DNA of 64,000 bases, from NCBI GenBank assembly GCA_951406725.2, contig OX597820.1, positions 101,060,001-101,124,000 of the forward strand, in the 5' to 3' direction. This stretch comes from Octopus vulgaris. Lineage: Eukaryota. The translations under genes were made by a program, and so were the position numbers. Positions within the stretch are counted from its first letter, which is position 1. Each line of letters starts with the position of its first letter. This document shows positions 52,974-64,000 of the stretch, piece by piece. The notes beneath the pieces were generated by a model. That model saw nothing but the letters and a program-made list of their open reading frames with translations. It searched no databases and was not told the origin of the DNA.

Positions 52974-53757
52974 CCAAAATCTAATGGGACTGTTCCAGTC
53001 ATGAGGCCAAAGATCTCTGAAAGTTTCATCTGAATCCATCCAGCAGTTCTTGAGATATCTTGTCTACAGACAAACAAACACCACTGAAAACAATACCTCC
53101 GCTTTTATAAGACAAAGATAAAAATTTGAAGAGATTTAGTAAACTCACCAATTCAGTCATTATTAGAATAGCATTTGGAAAATATCAAAACGTTCTACCA
53201 ATTGTACACCCTTTGCAAATAGGATATAACAGTTGCTACCCAAGGACAAAAATCGTGTCACACTGTGTTATCAGTGCATTATCACTAAAGGTTTATGCAA
53301 TATTGAACAAGCCAATATTGCTTATCTTTTGAGTTACTCCCACCTATTCTTATATAGTGCTAGGTAGCCTTGTATCTTCTTTATAGCAAGACACCTGGGC
53401 AAATCCCTCCATCATACTTTAGGCCTCAATACCTGGCAGAAACCAACTGCCCCTCCTTCCACTATCAAATACCACTCCCACTCCCACCCACTCCTACCTC
53501 CTCACTTTTTAGATGAGGAAGCCTTTTCTTTTATCCTTTTTCCTTTTTCTTATTCGTTTCTTTGTCTTGCAAGTTACTTACCGATCTCACATGTGCTGAT
53601 AGCATGAAATAGGTAACAGTAATCTCTGTAAAGTGTTTGGTATCAGGAAGTGCATCTGGCTTTAGAAACCATGCCAAACCTGACATTTGAGCTCAATGTG
53701 ACCTTGTGGCTCACCAGATCCTATCAAACTGTCCCACCCATACCAACATGGAAAATG

Positions 53758-54115
53758 GATGATGATGATGATGATGATGATGGTGATGGTGGTGGTGGTG
53801 GTGGTGGTGGTGGTGGTGAAAGGGGGGTGAGGTGGTAGAGAGGAGGGTAGTGGTGAGGGAGACATGTGGTTATGGGGGTAGGATAGGTATTGATGAGGAG
53901 ATGAGGTATTGGGGTGTGATGGGATGGGGTGGCGAGCGATGATGTGGTGGTGGGGTGGGATGAGGTGGAGGTGGGGAGGAATGAAGCAGTGAAGAAGAAG
54001 GGATGAGGTGAGGAGGAGGGGAATGAGGTGGAGGGAAGAGGACGAGGAGGAGGCAGGAGGCGGGGAGGAGAAGAGGGAGGTGGGAAGGGGAAGAGGAAGG
54101 AGGGGGTGAGAAGAA
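53758..54115. repeat. (GAT)n(GGT)n running into a G-rich, purine-rich low-complexity tract
   Basis: Read directly. Confidence 0.85.
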
Positions 54116-54972
54116 CCACCCCAGAAATAACTTTACTTTATAACTTATAACATGTAGCTATCTTCCCTTTCATACTGTTAATGGCTTCAAATTCTGGTAC
54201 ATGGCCTGAAATTTTTTGTTGGGGAGGGTGTAAATGGATCACATCATCCCCACTGCTCAAGTGGTACTTATTTAATCAACCACAAAAAAAAAAAAAATGA
54301 AAGGCAAAATCGACTTCAGCGGAATTTGAACTCAGAACGTAAAGATGTGCATTTTGCTCATCTTTACATAATGCTGCTAGGCATTTTGCCTGGTGTAATA
54401 ATGATTCTGTCAGTTCTTTCATTTTTTTTTTATTAGTATAGATGTATATAACTTTTGGCGGCAAAAACCAATTAATAAATAAATAGTAATTTGTTTAAAT
54501 ACTATAGTGTGCATTAGAAAATACCTATAGCTTTTTTTGTGACGATCAAATTCATAGATAGATGTGCAAACTTTGTTTTTGTTTTTTATGCTGTGCTAAA
54601 AAGAAACTAGTACACTGAGTTAAATAGTTAATGCTATGAAAGGTATTGATTTGTAGAAACTGTGCAAAATACGGAACAAACCTACCTTTCACCCCATCAT
54701 CATCATCATCATCAGTTATGCTAGCATAGAAACAGATATAAAGGATGATCATGATGACAATGATATGTATATGTATGTATATTATAAAGACACACACAAA
54801 CACACATATACACACATACATAGAATATGAGGAGTTTAGTTCACTGATGATCTAAGCCAATAGGTATGTTGTGTAAGTGCTATAATTGGGCATCCATTAG
54901 ATTCCAAGTTCCCAGCTGAGGCTGGAGCTAGGGGTCTGTAGTAGGCTGACTATATATATATATATATGTGTG

Positions 54973-55277
54973 TGGAGGCGTAATGGCCAAGTGGTTAGGG
55001 CAGCGGACTCGCGGTCGTAGGATCGCGGTTTCAATTCCTAGACCAGGCGTTGTGAGTGTTTATTGAGCAAAAACACCTAAAAGCTCCACGAGTCTCCGAC
55101 AGGGGATGGTGATCCCTGCTGTACTCTTTCACCACTCTTTCTCCTACTCTTTCTTCTGTTGGCTTGCTCGCTTAGCCAGCGGGTTGGCGTCATTCGAAGG
55201 CTAAAACAATGCGAACGCATTGTGACCAGCGATGTATAACTACTTCTGAAGGACTGGTCGGTCACGTGATCACGTGA
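54973..55277 (+). mobile_element. SINE with family C head and a different 3' tail
   Basis: 5' about 150 bp matches 3701 onward. The tail ends GGTCACGTGATCACGTGAT. Confidence 0.8.
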
Positions 55278-55470
55278 TATATATATATATATATATACAT
55301 GGAAAAGGGGAAAAGGAGTGGCTGTGTTGTAAGTAGCTTGCTTACCAACCACATGGTTCCAAGTTCAGTTCCACTGTGTGGCACCTTGGGCTAGTGTCTT
55401 TTACTATAGCCTTAGGCTGACTAAAGCCTTGTGAGTGGATTTCATTGATGGAAACTGAAAGAAGCCTGTC

Positions 55471-55520
<50 letters not shown>

Positions 55521-55982
55521 GTGTGCGTGTGTGCGTGTGTGTGTGTGACTGTGTGTCTGTGTTTGTCCCCCCCAACATCGCTTGACAACCGATGCTGGTG
55601 TGTTTACATCCCCGTAACTTAGCAGTTTGGCAAAAGAGACCAACAAGCAATAAGTCCTGGGATTGATATGCTTGATTAAACATGGTGCCACAATCAAATG
55701 ACTGAAACAAGTAAAAGAAACGAATAAAAGAATATGTGTGTGTGTGCATGCACATATATTCATTTTATTCTTTCTTTTATTCTTACACTTGTGTCAGTCA
55801 TTTGACTGTAGCCATGCTGGAGCACCACCTTAAAGGATTTTACTCAAAGAAATCATCCCCAGGACTTATTCTTTATAAGCCTAGTAATTATTCTATCGGT
55901 CTCTTGCCGAACTGCTCATTTATGGGGTCATAAACACGCTAACATTGGTTGTCAAGTGATTGTAGGGGGACAAACACATGCA

Positions 55983-56040
<58 letters not shown>

Positions 56041-57170
56041 CACAACAATCTTCTTTCAGTTTCCGTCTACCAAATTCACCCACAAGCTTTGATTGGCCTG
56101 AGGCTATAGTAAAAGACACATGGCCAAGGTACCATGCAGTAGGATTGAACCCATAATCATGTGGTTGGGAAGCAAACTTCTTACTATATAGCCACACCTG
56201 TGCCTATATATATAAATATGTGTGTCATTTGACTGCAGCCATGCTGGAGCACCGCCTTTAGTCGAGCAAATCGATTCCAGAACTTATTCTTTGAAAGCCT
56301 AGATGCATGTGCAGATGTATATGTATGTACACACACACACACACACACCCATCCCCCCACACACACATACACACATACACACATACACACACAAGAATTG
56401 TCCTTTTCTTAATGATGTGTCAATGTTGGAGAGTCTTCATTCTTTAGCTTATCTCCCCTTCTCATTTGGAGTTGGTCCCAATTGCCAGCATGTGATTGTT
56501 CTGTCTTCTCTGGAAGCAGCAATTATCTCAATAAATCGAGTATTTATCTTGCACAGTTTTCAATGTACCTTTATTCAGTCTTTGTTACACAAATATATGC
56601 CACTGGCCACACAGGGCTAATTCTCTTAGTTCCGATATATATGTGTATGTGTGTGTGTATGTGTGTGTGTGTGTGTGCGCACAAGCACACACACACACAC
56701 ACATACACATATAATGACTATTCTGAAAATCAATGCTGTAGATCAATATAGCATTCCTGTTTGAATTTCAATGGTTTCTATTTTTACCATGTATTAATTA
56801 TCATCATATTTAATTCATTCTTTTGTTCATAATTCTGTTTTTTTTTTCTATAAAACTAGAGATATTCTGTACTGATGAGCCTGTCCAACCCTTACCAGCA
56901 GCATGGAAAGTATAGAAAAGAAATCACGGACGGCAAAAATAAATTGTTGCTGTTATATTGTTGGTAATGATGATAAATATAGCGATTGATATAATTTTGG
57001 TTTACCCCCTGGTCATCTTTAATTGAGTGGACCTGATGATCAAATGTGTTCCAGATATGATCATCCCATTTATTTTTCAGGTACTGTGCACCTAAAGTTT
57101 TCGTTCCTCTTTCTAAGCAGAAGTGATGTGAGAAAAATTGCTATTTCGAATTCAGTGTTGTTGCTGTTGT

Positions 57171-57201
<31 letters not shown>

Positions 57202-57554
57202 GGTGGTGGTGGTGGTGGTGGTGGTGGTGGTAGTGATGGTTATGGTGATGATGATGATGGTTTCATTGTTTCATTTGCAAAAATCTGAAAAAAAAAAAAC
57301 TGAAAGAATTCAAGAAATATGTTAAAAGTGATAAAAACAATGACAAGAGTGATTATGATAGCAGTTGCCATAACAACCATGATAAAGTTGCTAAGAAAAA
57401 AGTGGGGAAAAAAAAAAAAAAGAAGCTTATCATTAGATTATTATGAGAGAGTACCAGATTATTATTAGGGATGTATTTTCTAATTATCCATTCGGTGGAG
57501 TGGGGGGGGTTCAATAATACAATGTTGTAGGGTCGAGGGTGACATTAAAAGACT

Positions 57555-57557
57555 GAT

Positions 57558-57588
<31 letters not shown>

Positions 57589-57855
57589 ATTATGATGATA
57601 GTGGTGGTGGTGGTGAAATGGAAAGCGTTGGGGGCTGATAGTGGCGATGGTGGTGGTGATGATGATGATGATGATGATGAAGAAGACAACGATAATGACG
57701 ACGATGATGGTGGTGGTGGTGTTGGTGGTGGTGGTGGTGATAATGATGATGATGATGATGATAGTGACAATGATGATGATGATGATGATGATGATCATCA
57801 TCATCATCATCATCATCATTGTCGTCGTCGTCATCAACATCATCTTGGTGGTGTT
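57555..57855. repeat. Compound GAT/GGT/CAT trinucleotide tract
   Basis: Read directly. A similar tract lies at 57157-57260. Confidence 0.9.
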
Positions 57856-59204
57856 GGGAGATGGTGCAAAGTTCCTAAACCCATTCATTAATTCATAGAA
57901 AACATTTCTGAAGATATTTTCAAATAATGCATTTTGGTCAAGAGTGTGAGTTATTTCATCAGAATCAATCTCTTTTCACAGGAAAGATTAATCTCAGAGC
58001 CCTGCAAGCCAACAACAGCACTTCTCAGTCTTACAATATTTCCCACTGGGTTCATCTGGGTTCAACTGTGTTCTTCCTTTTAATGTGCCCTTAGTTAACT
58101 CATTAGCATGCTGAGGGTCTTAGCCAAAGATTACAACATGCTGCTCACAGATCAATTTGTGGTTTGGTATTCTATCAACACTGTCATCTACATATCATCA
58201 TCATAATTTTAAGTATCTTGTTTCATGTAGGCATGGGTTGGACAGTTCACCATAAACTAACTTACCAGAAGCCTCTGCCATACTCCAATATCTGCTTTGC
58301 ATGATTTTTACATACATACAGCTTGATGCCCTTCCTAACACCAACCACACCGCAGTGTAATGTGTGTTTTTCATATAGCACCAGCACAGATGCAGTCATC
58401 GTGTACCCACAAGACAAGACCCCTTAACTGAGTGGGAGATATAGTATTGAGGAATAGGAAAGAGAGGGCTGGAGCAGGTGTCTTACTGATGGCATGTAAT
58501 CACTCAAAACTTTTACCTTTGTTTCTCTTTCTCTCTACTCCACTTCTACAACAATGGCCCCTGTTCCTTTGAATTAGATAGTTACAAATAAGTTTTCCAT
58601 GCTCAAAAATACTGAAACGTGGAATAAATTACCTGCATTGGTTGTTAGTAGTTGGGACAGTACATCCTTCAAGACTTCCTCATTCACTGTTCACTATCAT
58701 TTTTTTTTTTTGTGCATCATTCTGTGTATTGTACATACATTTTTGGCTGCCTTTTCTGATGAGTTGTAGGGCACTCTAAGCATTGTATGCAGTAAGTTCA
58801 TTATCATTATTATTTTATCCCCACCCAAAATTACCCAATACACCATAATATCCACTATTGTTCCAACAACAACCTTGGGGACCATTTTGGATTCCATATA
58901 TCTAACACACGTGGATATGCTTACAAAATCAAAAAACAACGCAACACCACCCATAACTTTCTGAAATATTTTCTCATGCTCACAATTGCTGAAGCTTGGA
59001 TTAAACGACCCACATCAGTTGTTAACTGTCTGAACACTAAATCCTTCAAACCTTCCATGCTTTCCAAAATTCACCAACAATACACCTGATGTCCCTCACT
59101 TTTCTTTAAATGACTGACTCACTGTTCACTTTGTGTGCATTATTCTATGTATTGTTCATGCAGTTTTGGTTTCTTTTTCTGATGAGCTGCAATGCACCTG
59201 GGTA

Positions 59205-59590
59205 CTCTTTACTCTTTACTCTTTTACTTGTTTCAGTCATTTGACTGCGGCCATGCTGGAGCACCGCCTTTAGTCGAGCAACTTGACCCCGGGACTTATT
59301 CTTTTGTAAGCCCAGTACTTATTCTATCGGTCTCTTTTGCCGAACCGCTAAGTAACGGGGACATAAACACACCAGCATCGGTTGTCAAGCAATGCTAGGG
59401 GGACAAACACAGACACACAAACATACACACGCATATATATATATACATATATACGATGGGCTTCTTTCAGTTTCCGTCTACCAAATCCACTCACAAGGCA
59501 TTGGTCGGCCCGAGGCTATAGCAGAAGACACTTGCCCGAGGTGCCATGCAGTGGGACTGAACCACTTACCACACAGCCACTCCTGTGCCT
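59205..59590 (-). mobile_element. SINE family B, young, small deletion in head
   Basis: Near-identical to 13810-14215. Confidence 0.85.
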
Positions 59591-59893
59591 GTATACAATA
59601 AGTTTGTTATTGTTATTATTATCATTGTTTTACATCTCAGGGTGCATAGTTTTGTTTGCTCTGGTTGATTCTGTGAGAGGGTCTCTTTCCACACATTATA
59701 AAGCTTTGATACTTGGTTGTTGATTATTATGGAAGATATTCAATACCCAAGAACCAATCACAAAATCCTAGCTGTCTTTTTGGGCTTGCTCTATTCTCAT
59801 GTCAATTCCAATTTCTCTGACATATTTCTTGAACTTGGTTGTTACTGCTCCTAGTGGCCCTACAACTAGTTGGATGACAGACACTCTCATTGT

Positions 59894-59958
<65 letters not shown>

Positions 59959-60503
59959 TTATTCACTTCTTTCTCCTCTTGTCAACAATAAAGATGGTGA
60001 ATTGACAGAGTCGGTAGAGTAACAGACAGGATGTGTTTCAAAGGTATTTGTTTTAATGCTCTGCATTCTGAGTTCAAATCCTGCTCAGGTTGAATTTTCT
60101 TTTCAACATCTGAGGGTCAATGAAAGTGTACTACTCCAAGATGGTATTTGTTCCAGTTCATGTTCTGAGATCAAATCCCACCATGGTCTTCAAGGATAGT
60201 AGGCTAAATCCATTACCTGGTCTAACATCCAACACCTGGCACTTTGAGGGCTTTTAGGGGAGTCTTCCTTTGTTGCAAATATTCAGGTCAGGTCCCTTAT
60301 TTGAGGATATCTCATCCCTCCTTCCCACCTGTCTCTAAAGGGTTATAGGCACTGATTAAATTTGCTTCCCAACCACATAGCCCAGAGTTCAGTGTCTTCT
60401 ACTATAGCCTTGGGCTGACCAAAGCCATGTGAGTGGATTTGTTTGACGGAAACTGGAAGAAGCCCATCGTATATATATATATGTATATATATGTATATAT
60501 TTG

Positions 60504-60547
<44 letters not shown>

Positions 60548-60764
60548 TGTGTGTGTGTGTGTCTGGCCATTGCTTGACAACCAATGCTGGTGTATTTATG
60601 TCTCTGTAACTTAGTAGTTCGACAAAAAAGAATGGTAGAATAAGTACGAGGACTACAAAGAATAAGTCCTGGAGTCGATTTCCTCGACTAACACCCTTTA
60701 AGGCATGGCCACAATCAAATGATTGAAACAAATAAAAGTATAAAGAATATATATATATATGTTA

Positions 60765-61490
60765 TCATCATCATCATCATCATCATCCTCATCATCATCA
60801 TCGTTTACTGTCTGTTTTCCATGCTGGCATGGGTTGGACAGTTCAGCTTGGGTCTGGGAAGCCAAGAGGCTGCACTAGGCCCCAATCTGATCTGGCAGTG
60901 TTTCTACAGCTTGATGCCCTTCCTAACGCCAATCACTCCCAAAGTGTAGTATGTGCTTTTTATGTGCCAGCAGCACAGGAACCACAGTACCTGGCATCGA
61001 CTACGATTGGATGGTACATTTTATATGCCAAAGGCACGGAAGCCAGTCAAAGCAGCACTGGCATTGGCCATGTTTGGATGGTGATTTTTATGTGCCACCG
61101 GCATGGGGCTCACAACTACAATTTCCATTTGATTTGATTTTGATATTGCTGTTGATGTTGATGTTGATGTACTTGACTCAATAGGTCTCCTCAAGCACTG
61201 CATGTCACCCTATGATCCAATGTACTTTTGAGTGGGCTGGTTATGCAACACTGGTGTAGGTTACAGCTCTGGATCTGCTTTATTTGCCGGGTCTTCTCAG
61301 TCACAGCATATCTCCAGAGGTATCGATCTTTTGTCATTGCCTCTGTGAGGCCCAACGTTCAAAGGTCATGCTTCACCACCTCATCCCATGTCTTCCTGAG
61401 TCTCCCTCTACCCCAGATTCCTTCCACTGTTTGGGAGTGACACTTCTTCACACAGCTCCCCTCATCCATCCGCAGTACATGTATGGGTGG
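60765..61490 (-). mobile_element. RTE LINE 3' fragment (ORF end, 3' UTR, (GAT)n tail)
   Basis: Minus strand reads VLRMDEGSCVKK...GRGRLRKTWDEVVKHDL...DRYLWR. This identifies the source of the many GGAAGGGCATCCAGC tail repeats. Confidence 0.8.
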
Positions 61491-62239
61491 TGATCAGGCC
61501 AAGAAAGAAAGATCATGCTTGGCTGAACACCGGTCACATGGAAGGAACAGAGAAAGGTAGGGGAGAAGAGGGATTAAAAAATTAGGAAAGGAACTAGAGG
61601 GAGGGAGGAAGAGGAAAGGGCAGAGGGAAAGGTATAAGGGAGATAACGAAGGGAAGTAGAAAGATTAAAGAGAGGGAGTGAGAAAAAGAAAAGAGAGAAG
61701 AAAGAAGAAAGTATAAGGGGGACTAAAAGATGGAGAAAAAAAGGAGAGAAAATGCTGTACAGAATTTAGATATATACTTACTTACAAAGTGAGCAAAAAG
61801 TGTACAAATGCCACTATATGTATATATAAATAAAAAAAAAACGGAATAAGAATGTAACGGATGACAATAAAAACGCACAGACAAATAGACAATACAAAAA
61901 TGGACAGGAAAAACCAGGACAGATCATTCATGGCCTTCTGTTCATCAGTCAAGTTTCCAATCATCGTTACAGTTTCAGCCTGTTACACTTGAGACTGTTT
62001 AAAATTTGTAGGCCCCAAAGATCTAAGCTAAGAGCATTAAATTTTTGGAAGAAAGCAAGCGAATGTGTACAATGACACAGACAATAAAAACGAGAAAATG
62101 GAGAAAATGTTACACAATTACAAATAGAAACATGAGAATAACAACAAGTGTCTTTCGACTAATAATGACTAATTGAGTTGAGCTGGTGTATGGAATGAAT
62201 GCCATGTGGCACAACATAGATGAAAATCAGGGGACAGGA

Positions 62240-62280
<41 letters not shown>

Positions 62281-62282
<2 letters not shown>

Positions 62283-62445
62283 CGTAGGAGTGGCTGTGTA
62301 GTAAGTAGCTTGCTTACCAACCACATGGTTCCGGGTTCAGTCCCACTGCGTGGCACCTTGGGCAAGTGTCTTCTACTATAGCCTCGGGCCGACCAAAGCC
62401 TTGGGAGTGGATTTGGTAGACAGAAACTGAAAGAAGCCCGTCGTA

Positions 62446-62530
<85 letters not shown>

Positions 62531-62730
62531 TTGTGTGTCTGTGTTTGTCCCCTTAGCATTGCTTGACAACCAATGCTGGTGTGCTTATGTCCCCGTTACT
62601 TAGCGGTTCGGCAAAAGAGACCGATAGAATAAGTACTGGGCTTACAAAAAAATAAGTCCCGGGGTTGAGTTGCTCGATTAAATGCGGTGCTCCAGCATGG
62701 CCGCAGTCAAATGACTGAAACAAGTAAGAG
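62281..62730 (+). mobile_element. SINE family B inserted in (TA)n
   Basis: Full head-to-tail copy with TA tracts on both sides. Confidence 0.85.
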
Positions 62731-62732
62731 AA

Positions 62733-62767
<35 letters not shown>

Positions 62768-62819
62768 GATGGGCTCTCCTGTCAGTTTTCACGTGTGAGG
62801 CTCCGACAACGTACTCTTT

Positions 62820-64000
62820 CTTTATCAGTCATAATGCTTATGTTGAATGTGACATTTAAGTCCCGCTCAGGATTTGCATGGAAGGCCATATATATTGCAA
62901 GTTTGAGGATTACAAGTCAGTGCAGGTGGTATATTTGCAGCCTCTTTTCTCCTTTGCCTTGCACCCCGAAGCCAGTTAATGCTGGTTGCAACAAAGTTTT
63001 TAATACCATTTTGATACAACAGTTTCCATTTTGTTCATAACAAGGCTGTTCGCTCAAAGGTGTTGTGAGTTATCTTCATCTCTAAGAGGTTACTCTTCAG
63101 CTTGTCCTTATATCTAAGCCATGGTCGACCAGCATTCCTGTACCCATTCTTAAGCTGGCTTTACATGAAGACTTTGGGTATTCTTTTGCCACCCATTCTG
63201 ACAACATGGCCAGCCCAGTGCAATTGTGATTGTATAAGGAAGCTCTCAATTCCACCAATCTTACACTTGCTAAACAAGTCAGCATTAGAAATTTTGTCTT
63301 TTAGTGAATAACCATAGATTGTCCTCAGACAGTCTTTGTGGAAGATGTCTAATTGGCTAATGTACCATCAATAGGATATCAATAATTCTGAGTCATACAA
63401 CAGAGTAGTAAGAATGGCTGCTTTATAGACCTGTACTTTGGTGTCAAGTTTGATGCCTCTTTCATTCCATAGGCAATAACAGAGTTTGCTAAACATATTG
63501 GTTGCCTTTGTGAGATGGTTGACAATTTCATCATTAAGAGATGCACTCAAATTCACTTTACTACCAAGATATGTAAATGACTTCACATGATTTAGGCTTT
63601 TCCCATCAACCTGTATAAGAGTGTCAGGAAAATTGTGAACTGGTGGCCTCTGTTTGACACCTCGAATTTGTTTAGGAGTAGGGCAAGGTTGGTGGATTAC
63701 TTCAGTCTTCTTTATGCTGATGGTCAAACCAAAGGCTTTACATGCAGCAGAAAACCAGTCTAGAAGTTCCTGAGGTTGCTACGAGTGCAGCATCATCTGC
63801 AAAATGCAGATCACAAATGATACTGGTGCGTAGCAGTGTTCTGACTGATGATTGAATAGTCCAACACTTATTTGAAACAAGAATTTGACACCACTTTGTA
63901 TGTCACAAAAAGCCTACCTCAGCATCACTGAAAAGAAGAGTGCAAACAAAATAGGGGCCATAACACAACCTTGCTTTGTGCCATTTGCAATGTTGAAGGA
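62820..64000 (-). mobile_element. Degenerate RTE (BovB-like) LINE RT region, runs off the window end
   Basis: Minus strand has GTKQGCVMAPILF, FADD, FGLTISIKKTEV, FTYLGS and VYKAAILTTLLY, with stops and frameshifts. Confidence 0.9.

Larger units (their letters stand above)
51951..53105. mobile_element. Possible Helentron-associated (HINE/DINE-like) element hosting later insertions
   Basis: AAAGCACTCAGAGAGCACAAACCTCCGCC at one end, ACAGACAAACAAACA..AAAACAATACCTCCGC at the other. Family assigned from memory. Confidence 0.4.

Noticed and set aside
57480-57898. Asp/Gly/His-rich ORFs
   Set aside because: Trinucleotide low-complexity sequence, open on both strands
58755-59200. CTGATGAG motifs as hammerhead cores
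   Set aside because: They lie in two decayed CR1 3' tails (related copies read CTGACAAG) with no stem II or GAAA
61920-62000. Minus-strand CTGATGA plus GAAAC as a third hammerhead
   Set aside because: The ACAGA/TCTGT stem is not followed by GAAA, and no consistent three-stem topology could be built

Overview
AT-rich eukaryotic genomic DNA, dense in repeats and microsatellites. The SINE families, simple repeats and intron sizes suggest an octopus or other coleoid cephalopod (inference). One protein-coding gene can be rebuilt by hand on the + strand: a 7-exon R3HDM4 orthologue (exons 5231-5295, 24484-24656, 26331-26449, 31170-31332, 34224-34309, 35506-35647, 38668-38771). It gives 852 nt and 283 aa, all introns are GT-AG with matching phases, intron 1 is about 19 kb, and a perfect NRF1-type palindrome lies just upstream of the ATG. 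Almost everything else is transposon-derived: tRNA-headed SINEs, CR1 and RTE LINE fragments, and hAT, piggyBac, mariner and Merlin-like MITEs, often nested. Most ORFs in the supplied track are repeat artefacts. The most notable oddities are two degenerate Penelope-type hammerhead ribozyme motifs next to (TA)n tracts, a TIR element carrying an internal TTAGGG array, a 93-bp near-perfect palindrome, a candidate spliced antisense transcript in a SINE-poor zone 3' of the gene, an 80-bp ABABA higher-order tandem array, and an element embedded in (AAT)n. No CRISPR, rRNA or intact tRNA genes were seen. Coordinates were read by eye, and TE boundaries are approximate.
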